Shown one piece after another: positions 10,213-19,746 of a stretch of DNA of 64,000 nucleotides. The first letter of the stretch is position 1; each line of letters opens with the position of its first letter. Source of the stretch: an uncultured Acidobacteriota bacterium (GTDB taxonomy: Bacteria > Acidobacteriota > UBA6911); the NCBI GenBank assembly GCA_963827655.1, contig CAWHCF010000041.1:32001-96000 (forward strand), in the 5' to 3' direction. The notes below the pieces were generated by a model that saw only the letters and a program-made list of their open reading frames with translations, had not been told where the DNA came from and did no database searches. Made by a program: the position numbers and the translations under genes.

Positions 10213-11202
10213 TCAGCGACTCGCCTTACCGACCTTGTAGCGGTCCAGCGCCAGGTCCACAATCTTCTGGATCAGGTCGGGAAATTCGATTCCCGCCGCG
10301 GCGGCGGCCATGACGAACTCGCTCGATTGCTCGAGGTAGCAGCTTGCGTTGACCTCGAGGACATAGATGTCACCGGTATCTGTGAGCCGCAGGTCGACAC
10401 GGCCGTAATCGCGCACACGAAGGGCGCGATACGCGTCGAGTGACACCTTGTGCAACTTTGCCTTCAACTCGTCTGGAATGTCGGCGATTACCGATTTGGT
10501 TCCCTTGTATTCGGCGCTCTGCTTCTCCCACTTGGCTTTTGTGTCCAGGACGCGTACGGCCCCTTCGGGAAGACCGGAAAAATCTACTTCGATCGGCGGC
10601 AGGGCCAGCGGTTGTTGGTTGCCGAGTATCCCGACATAAAACTCCCGCCCTTCGATATACTCTTCGGCAAGCGCGGCATCGTCACATTCTTCATGAATGG
10701 CGACTACTCGCTTCATGAGCGCGACGGTATCCGTGACCAGGGCCTTCCGATCAATACCGATTGAAGCGTCCATCCGAAGCGGCTTGACAAAGAGCGGCAT
10801 GCGCAAATTGCCGCCGGTTTCCAGTTCCGCCTTCCTGGAAAAGACCGCGAACCGCGGAAACGCAATCCCCTCGAAGGCCAGGATCTTCTTGGCGAGAGCC
10901 TTGTCTTGCGCAAGGTACAGTTCTCCGGGCCCGGATCCGGTATAGCGCAGCTTCATCAGAGTCAGAAGGCCTGCGGCCGCGACATCGCCCGTAACATCAT
11001 CGCCGAACATTTCCATCAAATTGAAAACCAGATCGGGCTTGAGCCGTCTCAGCCCGGAGATCAGTTTCCTGAGATTTGAATTCGTCCCCAGAACCGAAAC
11101 CTTGTGGTTGTGTTCACGCAGGGCCGAAGCCACCTGATCTACAACGAGGTCGTAGTCCTTGGAGTTTTCTTGTTCGACGTAAGTCAGAACCGTTATGTTC
11201 AT
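10213..11202 (-). CDS. D-Ala-D-Ala ligase-like ATP-grasp protein
   Basis: PDLVFNL, YTGS, DKALAK, FVKP..DASIGI, EEYIEGRE, YGRVDLR and LEVN motifs. Confidence 0.85.
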   Translation of the reverse strand: MNITVLTYVEQENSKDYDLVVDQVASALREHNHKVSVLGTNSNLRKLISGLRRLKPDLVFNLMEMFGDDVTGDVAAAGLLTLMKLRYTGSGPGELYLAQDKALAKKILAFEGIAFPRFAVFSRKAELETGGNLRMPLFVKPLRMDASIGIDRKALVTDTVALMKRVVAIHEECDDAALAEEYIEGREFYVGILGNQQPLALPPIEVDFSGLPEGAVRVLDTKAKWEKQSAEYKGTKSVIADIPDELKAKLHKVSLDAYRALRVRDYGRVDLRLTDTGDIYVLEVNASCYLEQSSEFVMAAAAAGIEFPDLIQKIVDLALDRYKVGKASR

Positions 11203-11311
11203 CGAGAGATTCTGGGGTTCGGCAACCGGAGTTTCCTCGACTCCAGGCGGCTTCATGACGTAGCTTACTGGGTCGGGAATTCCAACGGAACACCTTTCTT
11301 CGACGACAACT

Positions 11312-12373
11312 ATGCGAGGAAATGCTGAGAAGCCTCCCAATCACGTGCCAGGAACCAGGCGCCCGCGTGTGCCCGCCCTGGTTTCGGTGCTGGTTGGGAT
11401 CCTGATTTTTTTATCCTCGTGCAGCCAGGCGAGACGGGAACCGGTCGTGATCTACGTCTCCACCGATCGTCCCTTTTCGGAACCGGTGCTTCGCGCCTTC
11501 GAAAAGAAGAGCGGAATCTCTGTTCGAGCCGTCTACGACGCCGAGACGAACTCGATCGGCCTGGCCAATCGCCTGTTGGCCGAGAAAGTTTATCCCCAGG
11601 CAGACGTGTTTTGGAGCGACGAACCGCTTCGCACACTCATCCTCAAGAAAAACGGCGTCCTGGCGCGATACAGGTCGCCCGGCGCGGACGCTATTCCAGC
11701 CGGCTTCAAAGATCCGGAGTCTTACTGGACGGGCTTTTCGGCGCGCTGCCGGGTCATACTCTACAACAGCAGTCTGGTCCAGGAAGTGGAAGCTCCGAAA
11801 TCGATCTTCGATCTGACCGATCCGAAGTGGAAAAATCAGGTGGTGATCTCCGATCCTCGCTTCGGCACCATGTCGTTTCATGCCGCCGCGCTCTTTGCCG
11901 CCCTGGGCGACGAAAGGGCCGTACAGTTTTTCCAGGATCTCAAGCGAAACGAGGTGACGGTAGCGGCCAGTAAGTCCGAAGTAAGGCGCCTGGTTGAGAC
12001 CGGCGAATTCGCAATCGGGCTCACCGATACCGATGACGCCAACCTGGCCTTGCTTTCGGGCAACCCGGTCGTTGTCGTATACCCCGACGAACAGGGGCTG
12101 GGCACGCCATTTATCCCGAACGTGGTCTCGCTGATCGCCGGCGGACCCAACCCCCAGCAGGGCAAGGAGCTGATCGATTTTCTGCTGAGTCCGGAAGCCG
12201 AAGCAATGCTGGCCGAATCCGCGGCCGTTCAAATGCCGCTGCATCCTTCCGTTCCTTTACCGGCCAACGTCCGCAGCCTCAAGAATCTGAAACTGCTTCA
12301 AATCGACTATGGAGCCGCGGCCGATCGTCTTGACCATGTGATCAAGGCACTGCAGCCGATACTGGGGCTATGA
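11312..12373 (+). CDS. Fe(III)/AfuA-type ABC transporter solute-binding lipoprotein
   Basis: Lipobox-like FLSSC; RLLAEK..PQADVFWS, RVILYN and IGLTDTDDA motifs. Confidence 0.8.
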   Translation: MRGNAEKPPNHVPGTRRPRVPALVSVLVGILIFLSSCSQARREPVVIYVSTDRPFSEPVLRAFEKKSGISVRAVYDAETNSIGLANRLLAEKVYPQADVFWSDEPLRTLILKKNGVLARYRSPGADAIPAGFKDPESYWTGFSARCRVILYNSSLVQEVEAPKSIFDLTDPKWKNQVVISDPRFGTMSFHAAALFAALGDERAVQFFQDLKRNEVTVAASKSEVRRLVETGEFAIGLTDTDDANLALLSGNPVVVVYPDEQGLGTPFIPNVVSLIAGGPNPQQGKELIDFLLSPEAEAMLAESAAVQMPLHPSVPLPANVRSLKNLKLLQIDYGAAADRLDHVIKALQPILGL

Positions 12374-12377
12374 AGAC

Positions 12378-12446
12378 AGGATTTAGGATTCAGGGTCCAG
12401 GATTTGTCCGGATCCTGGTTCACCTAAATCCTGGATCCTAAATCCC
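12378..12446. repeat. Inverted heptamer repeat hairpin (AGGATTT/AAATCCT) between convergent genes
   Basis: aggatttaggattcagggtccaggattt ... aaatcctggatcctaaatcc. Confidence 0.6.
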
Positions 12447-14309
12447 AGATCCTGTGTTCAACGGGAGCGTGACGGTAAATTCCGTTCCTTTCCCGACCTG
12501 GCTCTCGACCTGAATCTGTCCTTTATGCTTTTGAACGATACTGTGCGAGATCGATAAGCCGAGTCCCGTACCGATTCCCGTCCCCTTGGTGGTAAAGCCC
12601 GGGTCGAAGATCCTGGGAAGATTCTCTGGCGGGATTCCCCTGCCCGTGTCGGCAACCCTTATGAAGGCGCTGCCGGCATCGGCGCGAGTCTTGATTGTAA
12701 TAGTCCCGTTCCCCTCTAGAGCTTCCACGGCATTGCGGAACAGATTCAAGAAGAGTTGATTCAGCTCATTCGGATAACAAAGCACCTTCGGAATCTCGCC
12801 ATATTCCTTGATCAGCGTGGCTTTATTCTTCAACTCGTATTCGATAAGGTTCAAGGTGCTCTCGATACCTTCGTGAATGTCGGCCCATTGCAGTTCGGCC
12901 TCATCGAGCCGGGCGAAGTTTTTCAAGTTGCGCACGATGCGAGAGACTCTTTCCGCCGCGCTCGCTATCACCCGATTGTTCTCTTTGAGGAGCGCCATCA
13001 ACTCCTGCAAGTACGATTCATGTTTCAGACTTTCGATGGACTCGGCGGCTTCGATAAGCCTGAACACCTTGTTCAGGCCGCGATCAGACAGGTCCGCGGC
13101 GCTGACGACGGCGCCGATCGGCGTATTCACCTCATGGGCTACGCCGGCCACCAGTGCTCCGACCGACGCCAGTTTTTCCCGAATGATGAGCTGGTTCTGC
13201 GCCTCCCGCAACTGCGACAGCGTTTGTTCGAGCTGTTCGTTCTTGGACTTCAACTCTCTGGTGCGTTCGTAGACCCTGTCTTCAAGCGCGCGGCTGTATT
13301 CCTGCTGCAGTCTCTCGGCCTGCTTTCTCTCGGTGACGTCTCGAAAATTTATGACGATACCGGATACATCCTCGTCCTCGAGCAGATTGTGAGCTACCGA
13401 CTCCAGGTAGCGCCACTCTCCATTCCGATGTCTGAATCGAAGGTCAGCCGATTGAATGACGCCGGGATGGGCAACCGTGAATTCGTGGATCCGGGTGAGA
13501 TAGTCCAGGTCATCCGGATGGACATACTCGGCCGCGCGCTTGCCGAGCACTTCCTCCGGAGTGTAGCCCATCACTCTCTCGAGCGACGGGCTGGAATAGA
13601 CAATGGTCCCATCCCTGTCGATGATCTCAACCGCGTCCAGCGCGTTCTCGATCAGGGATCTGAACCGCTTCTCGCTCCGCCGCAATGCCAGCTCGGTCCG
13701 TCTACGTTCGCTCGCTTCGATGGCCAGGGAAACGAAGTCTCCAATCGAGGCAGCGAAGTTCTGCTCCCTCACCGTCCATCTTCGAGCAGATCCCACGTGC
13801 TCGTGGCATACGACTCCGCGCATTCGCCCCTCCACCCGCACGGGGACGTCGAGCATGGCCGCGATTCCGAGAGGTGTGAGATACGATGTCCGGAATTCCC
13901 GAGTCCTGCTGTCGGAACGCGCGTCGTGGGCGGCGATCGTGCGATCTTGTTCGAGGGCGCGGAAGTACAAAGGATAGTCGGCCGCTGCCAGCTCCTGCCC
14001 CTGCGAGTGGCGGCGGGCGCTTCGCTCGTAAAGGTCGAGACACTGGATTTTGGAGCGGTCCTCGGTGAAGAACCACACGCTCACTCGCTCGGTGCCCAGG
14101 ATTCTGGCAGAGATCTCGGTTATTTCGCGCAAGGCCGTGGCTAAATCGCCCCCGCCCAGGCTGTCGCTCTTGGCGAGCTTGAGAAGCGCGCGGTTCTGCA
14201 GGCGAAGGCTTCTCTGTCGATCACGCAGCTCCACAGTCTCCGCTTCGACCCCGCCGGCCCTATTCACGCTCCACATCCTTTCACTGTCATGCCTTGACTT
14301 CGGCTCCAT
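12438..14309 (-). CDS. GAF-PAS sensor histidine kinase (start uncertain)
   Basis: GAF (ERVSVW..GVVCHEHVG), PAS (VHPDD, RDVTERK), H-box AGVAHEVNTP, N/G boxes NQLFLNL, DTGRGI, FTTK and GTGLGL. Confidence 0.9.
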   Translation of the reverse strand: MEPKSRHDSERMWSVNRAGGVEAETVELRDRQRSLRLQNRALLKLAKSDSLGGGDLATALREITEISARILGTERVSVWFFTEDRSKIQCLDLYERSARRHSQGQELAAADYPLYFRALEQDRTIAAHDARSDSRTREFRTSYLTPLGIAAMLDVPVRVEGRMRGVVCHEHVGSARRWTVREQNFAASIGDFVSLAIEASERRRTELALRRSEKRFRSLIENALDAVEIIDRDGTIVYSSPSLERVMGYTPEEVLGKRAAEYVHPDDLDYLTRIHEFTVAHPGVIQSADLRFRHRNGEWRYLESVAHNLLEDEDVSGIVINFRDVTERKQAERLQQEYSRALEDRVYERTRELKSKNEQLEQTLSQLREAQNQLIIREKLASVGALVAGVAHEVNTPIGAVVSAADLSDRGLNKVFRLIEAAESIESLKHESYLQELMALLKENNRVIASAAERVSRIVRNLKNFARLDEAELQWADIHEGIESTLNLIEYELKNKATLIKEYGEIPKVLCYPNELNQLFLNLFRNAVEALEGNGTITIKTRADAGSAFIRVADTGRGIPPENLPRIFDPGFTTKGTGIGTGLGLSISHSIVQKHKGQIQVESQVGKGTEFTVTLPLNTGSGI

Positions 14310-14647
14310 TTTACCGGGTCGGAGGCACATGGAAACGTGAAAACTGCGCACACATCGGTATCCTTAGCCTAACAAGTTCATTGTGCCCCCTCGGAAGCGG
14401 GACGGGCTTGATAGCCCGTCCGCACATGGATCGGGAGGTTTTGAGACAGTCTCTCACCCCGGGCCCACGCACTGCCGGCCCCACGGGCCTTGGCGAAGCT
14501 TGCGCCTTGTGCGATCACAGTTTGCCCACCCCCAAAACCACGTTTCGACAAATCCCATTTGTGCCTCGAGCCCTGCGCAGGTAAATTGAAAGAAGCAGTA
14601 GGCGGTAGGAGGCAGGGAACGGCGCGGAATGCAAAGGAGATGAACCA

Positions 14648-15987
14648 ATGACATTCAGAACCGATGCAGAACAGGCGCAGGTTGAAACCAAAACCATGAT
14701 GGATCGTTATCAGGATGTGCGCGGGCGAACCATGGAGATCGTTGCGCCGCTTGAAATCGAAGACTACGTAGTGCAAACGGCTGAATTCATGAGTCCGCCG
14801 CGGTGGCATCTCGGCCATACCTCATGGTTCTTCGAAACGCTGCTCGAGCGCTACTTGCCCGGATACGAAGTCTACTCAACGGAGTTCCTCTTCTTCTTTA
14901 ATTCCTATTACGAGGGCTTCGGACCCAGGATCGAGCGTGCCCGGCGCGGCACCCGCTCGCGCCCCACCGTAGCGGAAACCGTGACCTACCGGAACCATAT
15001 TGACCGATCGATGCTGAAGCTGCTGGCTCACATCCAGGAATCTTCGGAAGCCGAGACGGTCCTACCGCTGGTAAGGTTGGGGCTGGAGCACGAAATGCAG
15101 CACCAGGAATTGCTGGTCTATGACATCAAACACTTGCTCTGCGATCAATACGGGCCGCCCCGTCGGGCCCAGATTCCGCCGGCCAGGGCCGTCCGGGGAT
15201 CTGCCGAGGTTGAGGGCGGATTGTTCGATCTGGGCTATTCCGGGAACGACTTCGCCTTCGATAACGAAAAGCCGATGCACAAAGTGTACCTGCATGACTT
15301 CGCGATCGATCGCGCCCCGGTCAGTAACGGCGAGTTCCTGGAGTTCATCGACGCCGGCGGCTACCGTGACTACCGGTGGTGGTACGCCGAAGGCTGGGAT
15401 TTTGTGTCGCAGACAGGCTGCCAGGCGCCGCTATACTGGGAACAGAATGGCGCCGAGTGGATGATCAGGGACTTCTGGGGTCTTCATCCGGTGAGCGCTA
15501 AAGCAGACGAGCCGGTCTCTCATGTCAGCCACTACGAAGCGTCCGCTTTCGCAAAATGGTCGGGAGGTCGTCTGCCGACCGAGGGAGAGTGGGAAAAAGC
15601 GGCCTGCTTTGATCCCGCCCGTGAGCAAAAACGGTGTTTCCCCTGGGAAGATAGCCGTACCGTAGATGACCCCGAGAAGGCTAATCTGTTCGAAAACCAG
15701 GTGTGGGGTGTCGCCCGGATCGGTTCCTTTCCCGACGGGCGCAGCGCCTACGGTTGCCATCAGATGATCGGCGACGTTTGGGAGTGGACCAACTCGGATT
15801 ACGTTCCCTACCCCGGGTTCAAGTCTGAATTCGACGAGTACAACGACAAATGGTTTGTTAACCAGAAGGTGCTGCGCGGCGGGTCATTCGCCACGCCTCG
15901 GTCCCACCTGCGCGCGACCTACCGGAACTTCTTCCATCCCAACGAACGTTGGATGATCTCGGGCTTTCGCCGCGCCCGGATCTATGA
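14648..15987 (+). CDS. egtB: Ergothioneine sulfoxide synthase EgtB family (DinB + FGE-sulfatase domains)
   Basis: [41 protein letters not shown] and VLRGGS..T...RATYRNFF motifs. The true stop is probably at ~15987; the ORF runs on to 16153 via a likely 1-nt deletion. Confidence 0.85.
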
Positions 15988-16036
15988 CCACAAGACTCGA
16001 AGACCTAACGCAGCCGTGGGTCGCAACCGAAGTGCT

Positions 16037-16150
16037 CTTAGTGTTTCTTTGTGTCTTCGTGTCTTTGTGGTTGAGCTGTCTAACAAATACCACGAAGACT
16101 CAAAGACACGAAGAAACACCAAGAATCTTGCCAAAAACGCAAGAAGTTAT
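16037..16150 (+). repeat. 9-mer-based palindromic dispersed repeat, full copy
   Basis: gtgtcttcgtgtctttgtggttgagctgtctaacaaataccacgaagactcaaagacacgaagaaacaccaagaatcttgcc; near-identical to 42047-42119 and 46172-46272. Confidence 0.85.
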
Positions 16151-16303
16151 TAGGAAACCAGCGAACCAAGCGTAATTCTGAAACAAGAAATTCATATTGC
16201 GACAAACTCTTTTTCACTTATCCTCGTCATCATTTTCAAGAGTGACTGATTCACTCCGAGGATGTTGTCACGTCAATGCCCTCCCCTCCCTGAGGAGTTC
16301 CCT

Positions 16304-19300
16304 ATGCCTGCAATGAGAATCCGGTCCGGGTCAGGATCCGCGCATCGCATTTTTGTGCTCATCGTTGGTTTTATTTTTCAGCAGGGCCTCTATGCCCAAT
16401 TCGAAACTGCTTCCGTGCTGGGCACAGTCAAGGATGAAAGCGGCGCGGTGCTGCCTGGCGCCTCGGTCACTCTGACCCACAACGCGATGGGAATCTCAGC
16501 CAGGACGTTTACCGACGAAAACGGCAACTATCAATTCCTGAACGTCAAGATCGGAAACTACCGAGTCGAAGTCCAGATGGCCTCGTTTTCCGCGGCGGTA
16601 ATCGACAATGTGCAGGTCGCGGTGGGAGCCCGCCAGAGGGTCGATTTCAGCCTCAAGCTTGGCGAATTGAACACGACCATCGAGGTTGCAGCCCTGGCTG
16701 CCTCGGTGCTGGAAACGGACACGAGCGATCGGGGCCAGGTTGTCAACCAGAGGCAGATCGTGGAGCTCCCGTTGAATGGCCGCAATTACTCGGATCTCGC
16801 GCTCTTGACCACCGGTGTGCGCCGCTCCGCTTACGCCTTCGCCAATCCTCCGCGGGAAGGGGCCTTCAATGTAAATGGGCAGCGCAGCATCTTTAATAAC
16901 TTCTTGATGGACGGCATCGACAACAACTCTTACGGAACCAGCAACCAGGGCTTTTCTAACCAGGTCATGCAGCTGACCCCGGATGCCGTGGCGGAATTCA
17001 AGGTTGTCACCAGCCTCATGAGCGCCGAGTATGGCCGGAGTTCCGGCGCCGTGATAAATGCTTCGATGAAGAGCGGCACGAACGAGTTTCATGGCACCGC
17101 GTGGGAATATCTCAGGAACACAAGTTTGAACGCGGCCGGGTTTTTCCGCCCCGCCACGGGGAAGCCCGTGTTTCAGCGCAACCAGTTCGGATTGACGTTC
17201 GGCGGACCCATTGTGAAGAGCCGCGCTTTTTTCTTTACCGACTATGAAGGCTTTCGAGAGCGGCTGAAATTCCCCGAGTTTTCCAGTCTCCCGACTCTCG
17301 ATGACCGTCAGGGCATCTTTCCGGTTGCAGTCAGGAACCCTCTGACTGAAGAAACCTTTCCCGCGAATACCCCGATTCCCCAGGACAGGATCACCCCGTT
17401 CGCCCGCCGCGTACTGTCGGAGTTGCCGCCGCCGAATACAGGCTCCGGGCGAGGAAACAATTTCGTCAATCTGAGGCGCGACACGAACAATAATGACAAG
17501 ATCGATCTGAAACTGGACGGGCAGATCAGCAGCCGCTCGACCACATTTGTCCGTCTCAGCCACCGCAAGAGCAATATCTTCCAGGCTCCCACGATCCCGG
17601 GACCCTCCGGTGGCGGAGGCAACGGGTTCATTCGCGTTCTGAATCAGCAGATGGCCTCGGGTTACACCTATACGCCGTCAGCGCCCTCGCTGCTGGAGAT
17701 CCGGGTCGGCTTATCCCGGACGCGCGCCGGCAAGGAACCCCCCGGACTTGGCGGCCCTAGTATGCGCGAGCTCTACGGAATTGCCGGACTCTCCGAAGAT
17801 CCCCGGCTCACCGGGGGCTTGACGCCGCAGGAGGTCACCGGATTCTCGGCGTTCGGCCGGCAGGCGACCAACCCTCAGTGGCAGCATCCCTTCGTGACGA
17901 ACGCCAAGGCAAACTACTCCTACATACTCGGCCGGCACTCGTTGAAAGTGGGCTACGAATATCAGCGCATTCATACCGAAATACAGGATGTAAACCCGCT
18001 CTACGGGCGCGACATCTACAATGGCCAGTTCAGCAGGCCGGCGGGAGGCGCAGCAGATTCTCAGACCCACAACCTCGCCGATTTCATGTTCGGGGCGCGA
18101 AGCGAGTATCAGCTGGTGAATTTCTACATCGCTCAATATCGTCAGGCCATGAACTTCGCTTACCTGCAGGACGACTGGAAAGTGAATTCCCGGCTGACGC
18201 TGAACCTGGGGGTCCGGTACGAGTATGCGACGCCCCAGTGGGAACGCGACAACAGGCTCAGCAACTTCGATCCCGTCAGCAACCAGTTGATCCAGGCAAA
18301 AGAGGGATCGGTCACCGACCGGGCGCTGGTCAACCCGGATCGCAATAACTGGGCGCCCCGCTTCGGCCTGGCCTACAGCATGGACAACAGGACCGTGATT
18401 CGATCCGGCTACGGCATCAGCTACGTACACTTCAACCGGGCCGGCGGAGGAAACATCCTCGGGATCAATGGTCCGCAGGTCGTGATTGCCGCGATCGCGC
18501 AGAACCCTGCCGGTCTTGACTTTCGTCCCACTCAGCAGGGATATCCGCAGGGGCTGACGGATCCTGACAAGTTCAATCCGATTCTGGCCAACATCTCTTA
18601 TATACCGCCTGACTCGCCCTCCGGGTACGTGCAAAACTGGTCCTTTTCAATCCAGCGCGAAATTTTCCGGAATACGATTCTGGACCTGGCATATGTCGGG
18701 AGTAAATCGACTCACCTGATTCTCTTCGCGGATTACAACGAGGCCCGGCCGAATCGTCCCGGTGAAAGCCTCTCCATCCAGGCGCGGCGGCCTAACCAGG
18801 CTTTCGGAGCCATTACGGTGACCTGGCCTGGCGCCTTTGCCAACTATCATGCGCTTCAGGCGAAGTTCGAGCGGCGTTTATCGAGCGGCTTCTATTTCCT
18901 GAACTCTTTCGTCTATTCGAAGGCGATTGACAACGTCGGCCAGGCGCTTGAAGCTCAGGGGAGCGGCGGCCGGTCGAGCCCGCAGAGCTTTTACAACATC
19001 AGGGCCGAGAAGGCCGTCTCCGATTTCGATCAAACCTTCAATAACACCACCAGCATCGTCTACGAACTTCCCTTCGGCAAGGGTCGCCGCTACCTCTCGA
19101 GCGCTGCAACTGCCGCCGATTACTTCCTGGGAGGATGGCAGCTCTCCGCAATCAACAACATGTGGAGCGGCGAGCCCCTGAACCTCGCCTATAATCCACC
19201 CGCGGCCTTTCAGGTCTCACAGACTCTTCCGGACTGGAGGGGTGGCATCAGCTACCGTCCCAATCTGACGGGCCCGGTCATAACGCCCTCCGATAGCCGT

Positions 19301-19606
19301 TCGATCGACAATTATCTCAATGCGGCCACCGTGGTAGTCCCCACCGACTCGAGCCAACCTTTCGGCAACGCAGGACGCAATGTGGCGCGCAGCTACTCTC
19401 TTTACCAGCTTGACCTGGGAATGGCGAAGGCGATCAAGCTTTCCGGTGAGTCGGTATCGCTGCAGTTTCGCGCCGAAGCTTTCAATCTCTTCAATAACAC
19501 GAATTTTCGCAACGCAAACACCAACCGCTCGGTTGCCGGCTTCGGGCAGGTGCGCACTACCTTCCCGGCCCGGCAGATCCAGTTCGCGCTTCGTCTGATC
19601 TTCTGA
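16304..19606 (+). CDS. TonB-dependent receptor, Oar-like, with carboxypeptidase-regulatory N-domain
   Basis: GTVKDESGAVLPGASVT, LPLNGRN, SAEYGR, YLQDDWK and C-terminal RQIQFALRLIF; GAGGAG RBS. Confidence 0.92.
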   Translation: MPAMRIRSGSGSAHRIFVLIVGFIFQQGLYAQFETASVLGTVKDESGAVLPGASVTLTHNAMGISARTFTDENGNYQFLNVKIGNYRVEVQMASFSAAVIDNVQVAVGARQRVDFSLKLGELNTTIEVAALAASVLETDTSDRGQVVNQRQIVELPLNGRNYSDLALLTTGVRRSAYAFANPPREGAFNVNGQRSIFNNFLMDGIDNNSYGTSNQGFSNQVMQLTPDAVAEFKVVTSLMSAEYGRSSGAVINASMKSGTNEFHGTAWEYLRNTSLNAAGFFRPATGKPVFQRNQFGLTFGGPIVKSRAFFFTDYEGFRERLKFPEFSSLPTLDDRQGIFPVAVRNPLTEETFPANTPIPQDRITPFARRVLSELPPPNTGSGRGNNFVNLRRDTNNNDKIDLKLDGQISSRSTTFVRLSHRKSNIFQAPTIPGPSGGGGNGFIRVLNQQMASGYTYTPSAPSLLEIRVGLSRTRAGKEPPGLGGPSMRELYGIAGLSEDPRLTGGLTPQEVTGFSAFGRQATNPQWQHPFVTNAKANYSYILGRHSLKVGYEYQRIHTEIQDVNPLYGRDIYNGQFSRPAGGAADSQTHNLADFMFGARSEYQLVNFYIAQYRQAMNFAYLQDDWKVNSRLTLNLGVRYEYATPQWERDNRLSNFDPVSNQLIQAKEGSVTDRALVNPDRNNWAPRFGLAYSMDNRTVIRSGYGISYVHFNRAGGGNILGINGPQVVIAAIAQNPAGLDFRPTQQGYPQGLTDPDKFNPILANISYIPPDSPSGYVQNWSFSIQREIFRNTILDLAYVGSKSTHLILFADYNEARPNRPGESLSIQARRPNQAFGAITVTWPGAFANYHALQAKFERRLSSGFYFLNSFVYSKAIDNVGQALEAQGSGGRSSPQSFYNIRAEKAVSDFDQTFNNTTSIVYELPFGKGRRYLSSAATAADYFLGGWQLSAINNMWSGEPLNLAYNPPAAFQVSQTLPDWRGGISYRPNLTGPVITPSDSRSIDNYLNAATVVVPTDSSQPFGNAGRNVARSYSLYQLDLGMAKAIKLSGESVSLQFRAEAFNLFNNTNFRNANTNRSVAGFGQVRTTFPARQIQFALRLIF

Positions 19607-19616
19607 GCCGCGGTTT

Positions 19617-19708
19617 ATTCGTGTCTTCGTGGTTAGAGCTGCGAAACCAATCCCACGACACAAAGATACAAAGAAACACCAGGAATCATTGCAATACAGC
19701 AAGAAAGT
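19617..19708 (+). repeat. 9-mer-based palindromic dispersed repeat, diverged copy
   Basis: ttcgtgtcttcgtggttagagctg...ccacgacacaaagatacaaagaaacaccaggaatc. Confidence 0.75.
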
Positions 19709-19746
19709 ACTTATATAATGTGCTTCCCATTTCCATGGAGGCGCCA

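Noticed and set aside
10213-11202. Calling the ATP-grasp gene ddl
   Set aside because: It lacks canonical Ddl substrate motifs and cell-wall gene context, so it was left as Ddl-like.
15988-16153. C-terminal extension of EgtB (…[19 protein letters not shown]…)
   Set aside because: It is a translation of the intergenic 9-mer repeat. Restoring one G gives ...ARDL-stop at the normal family end.
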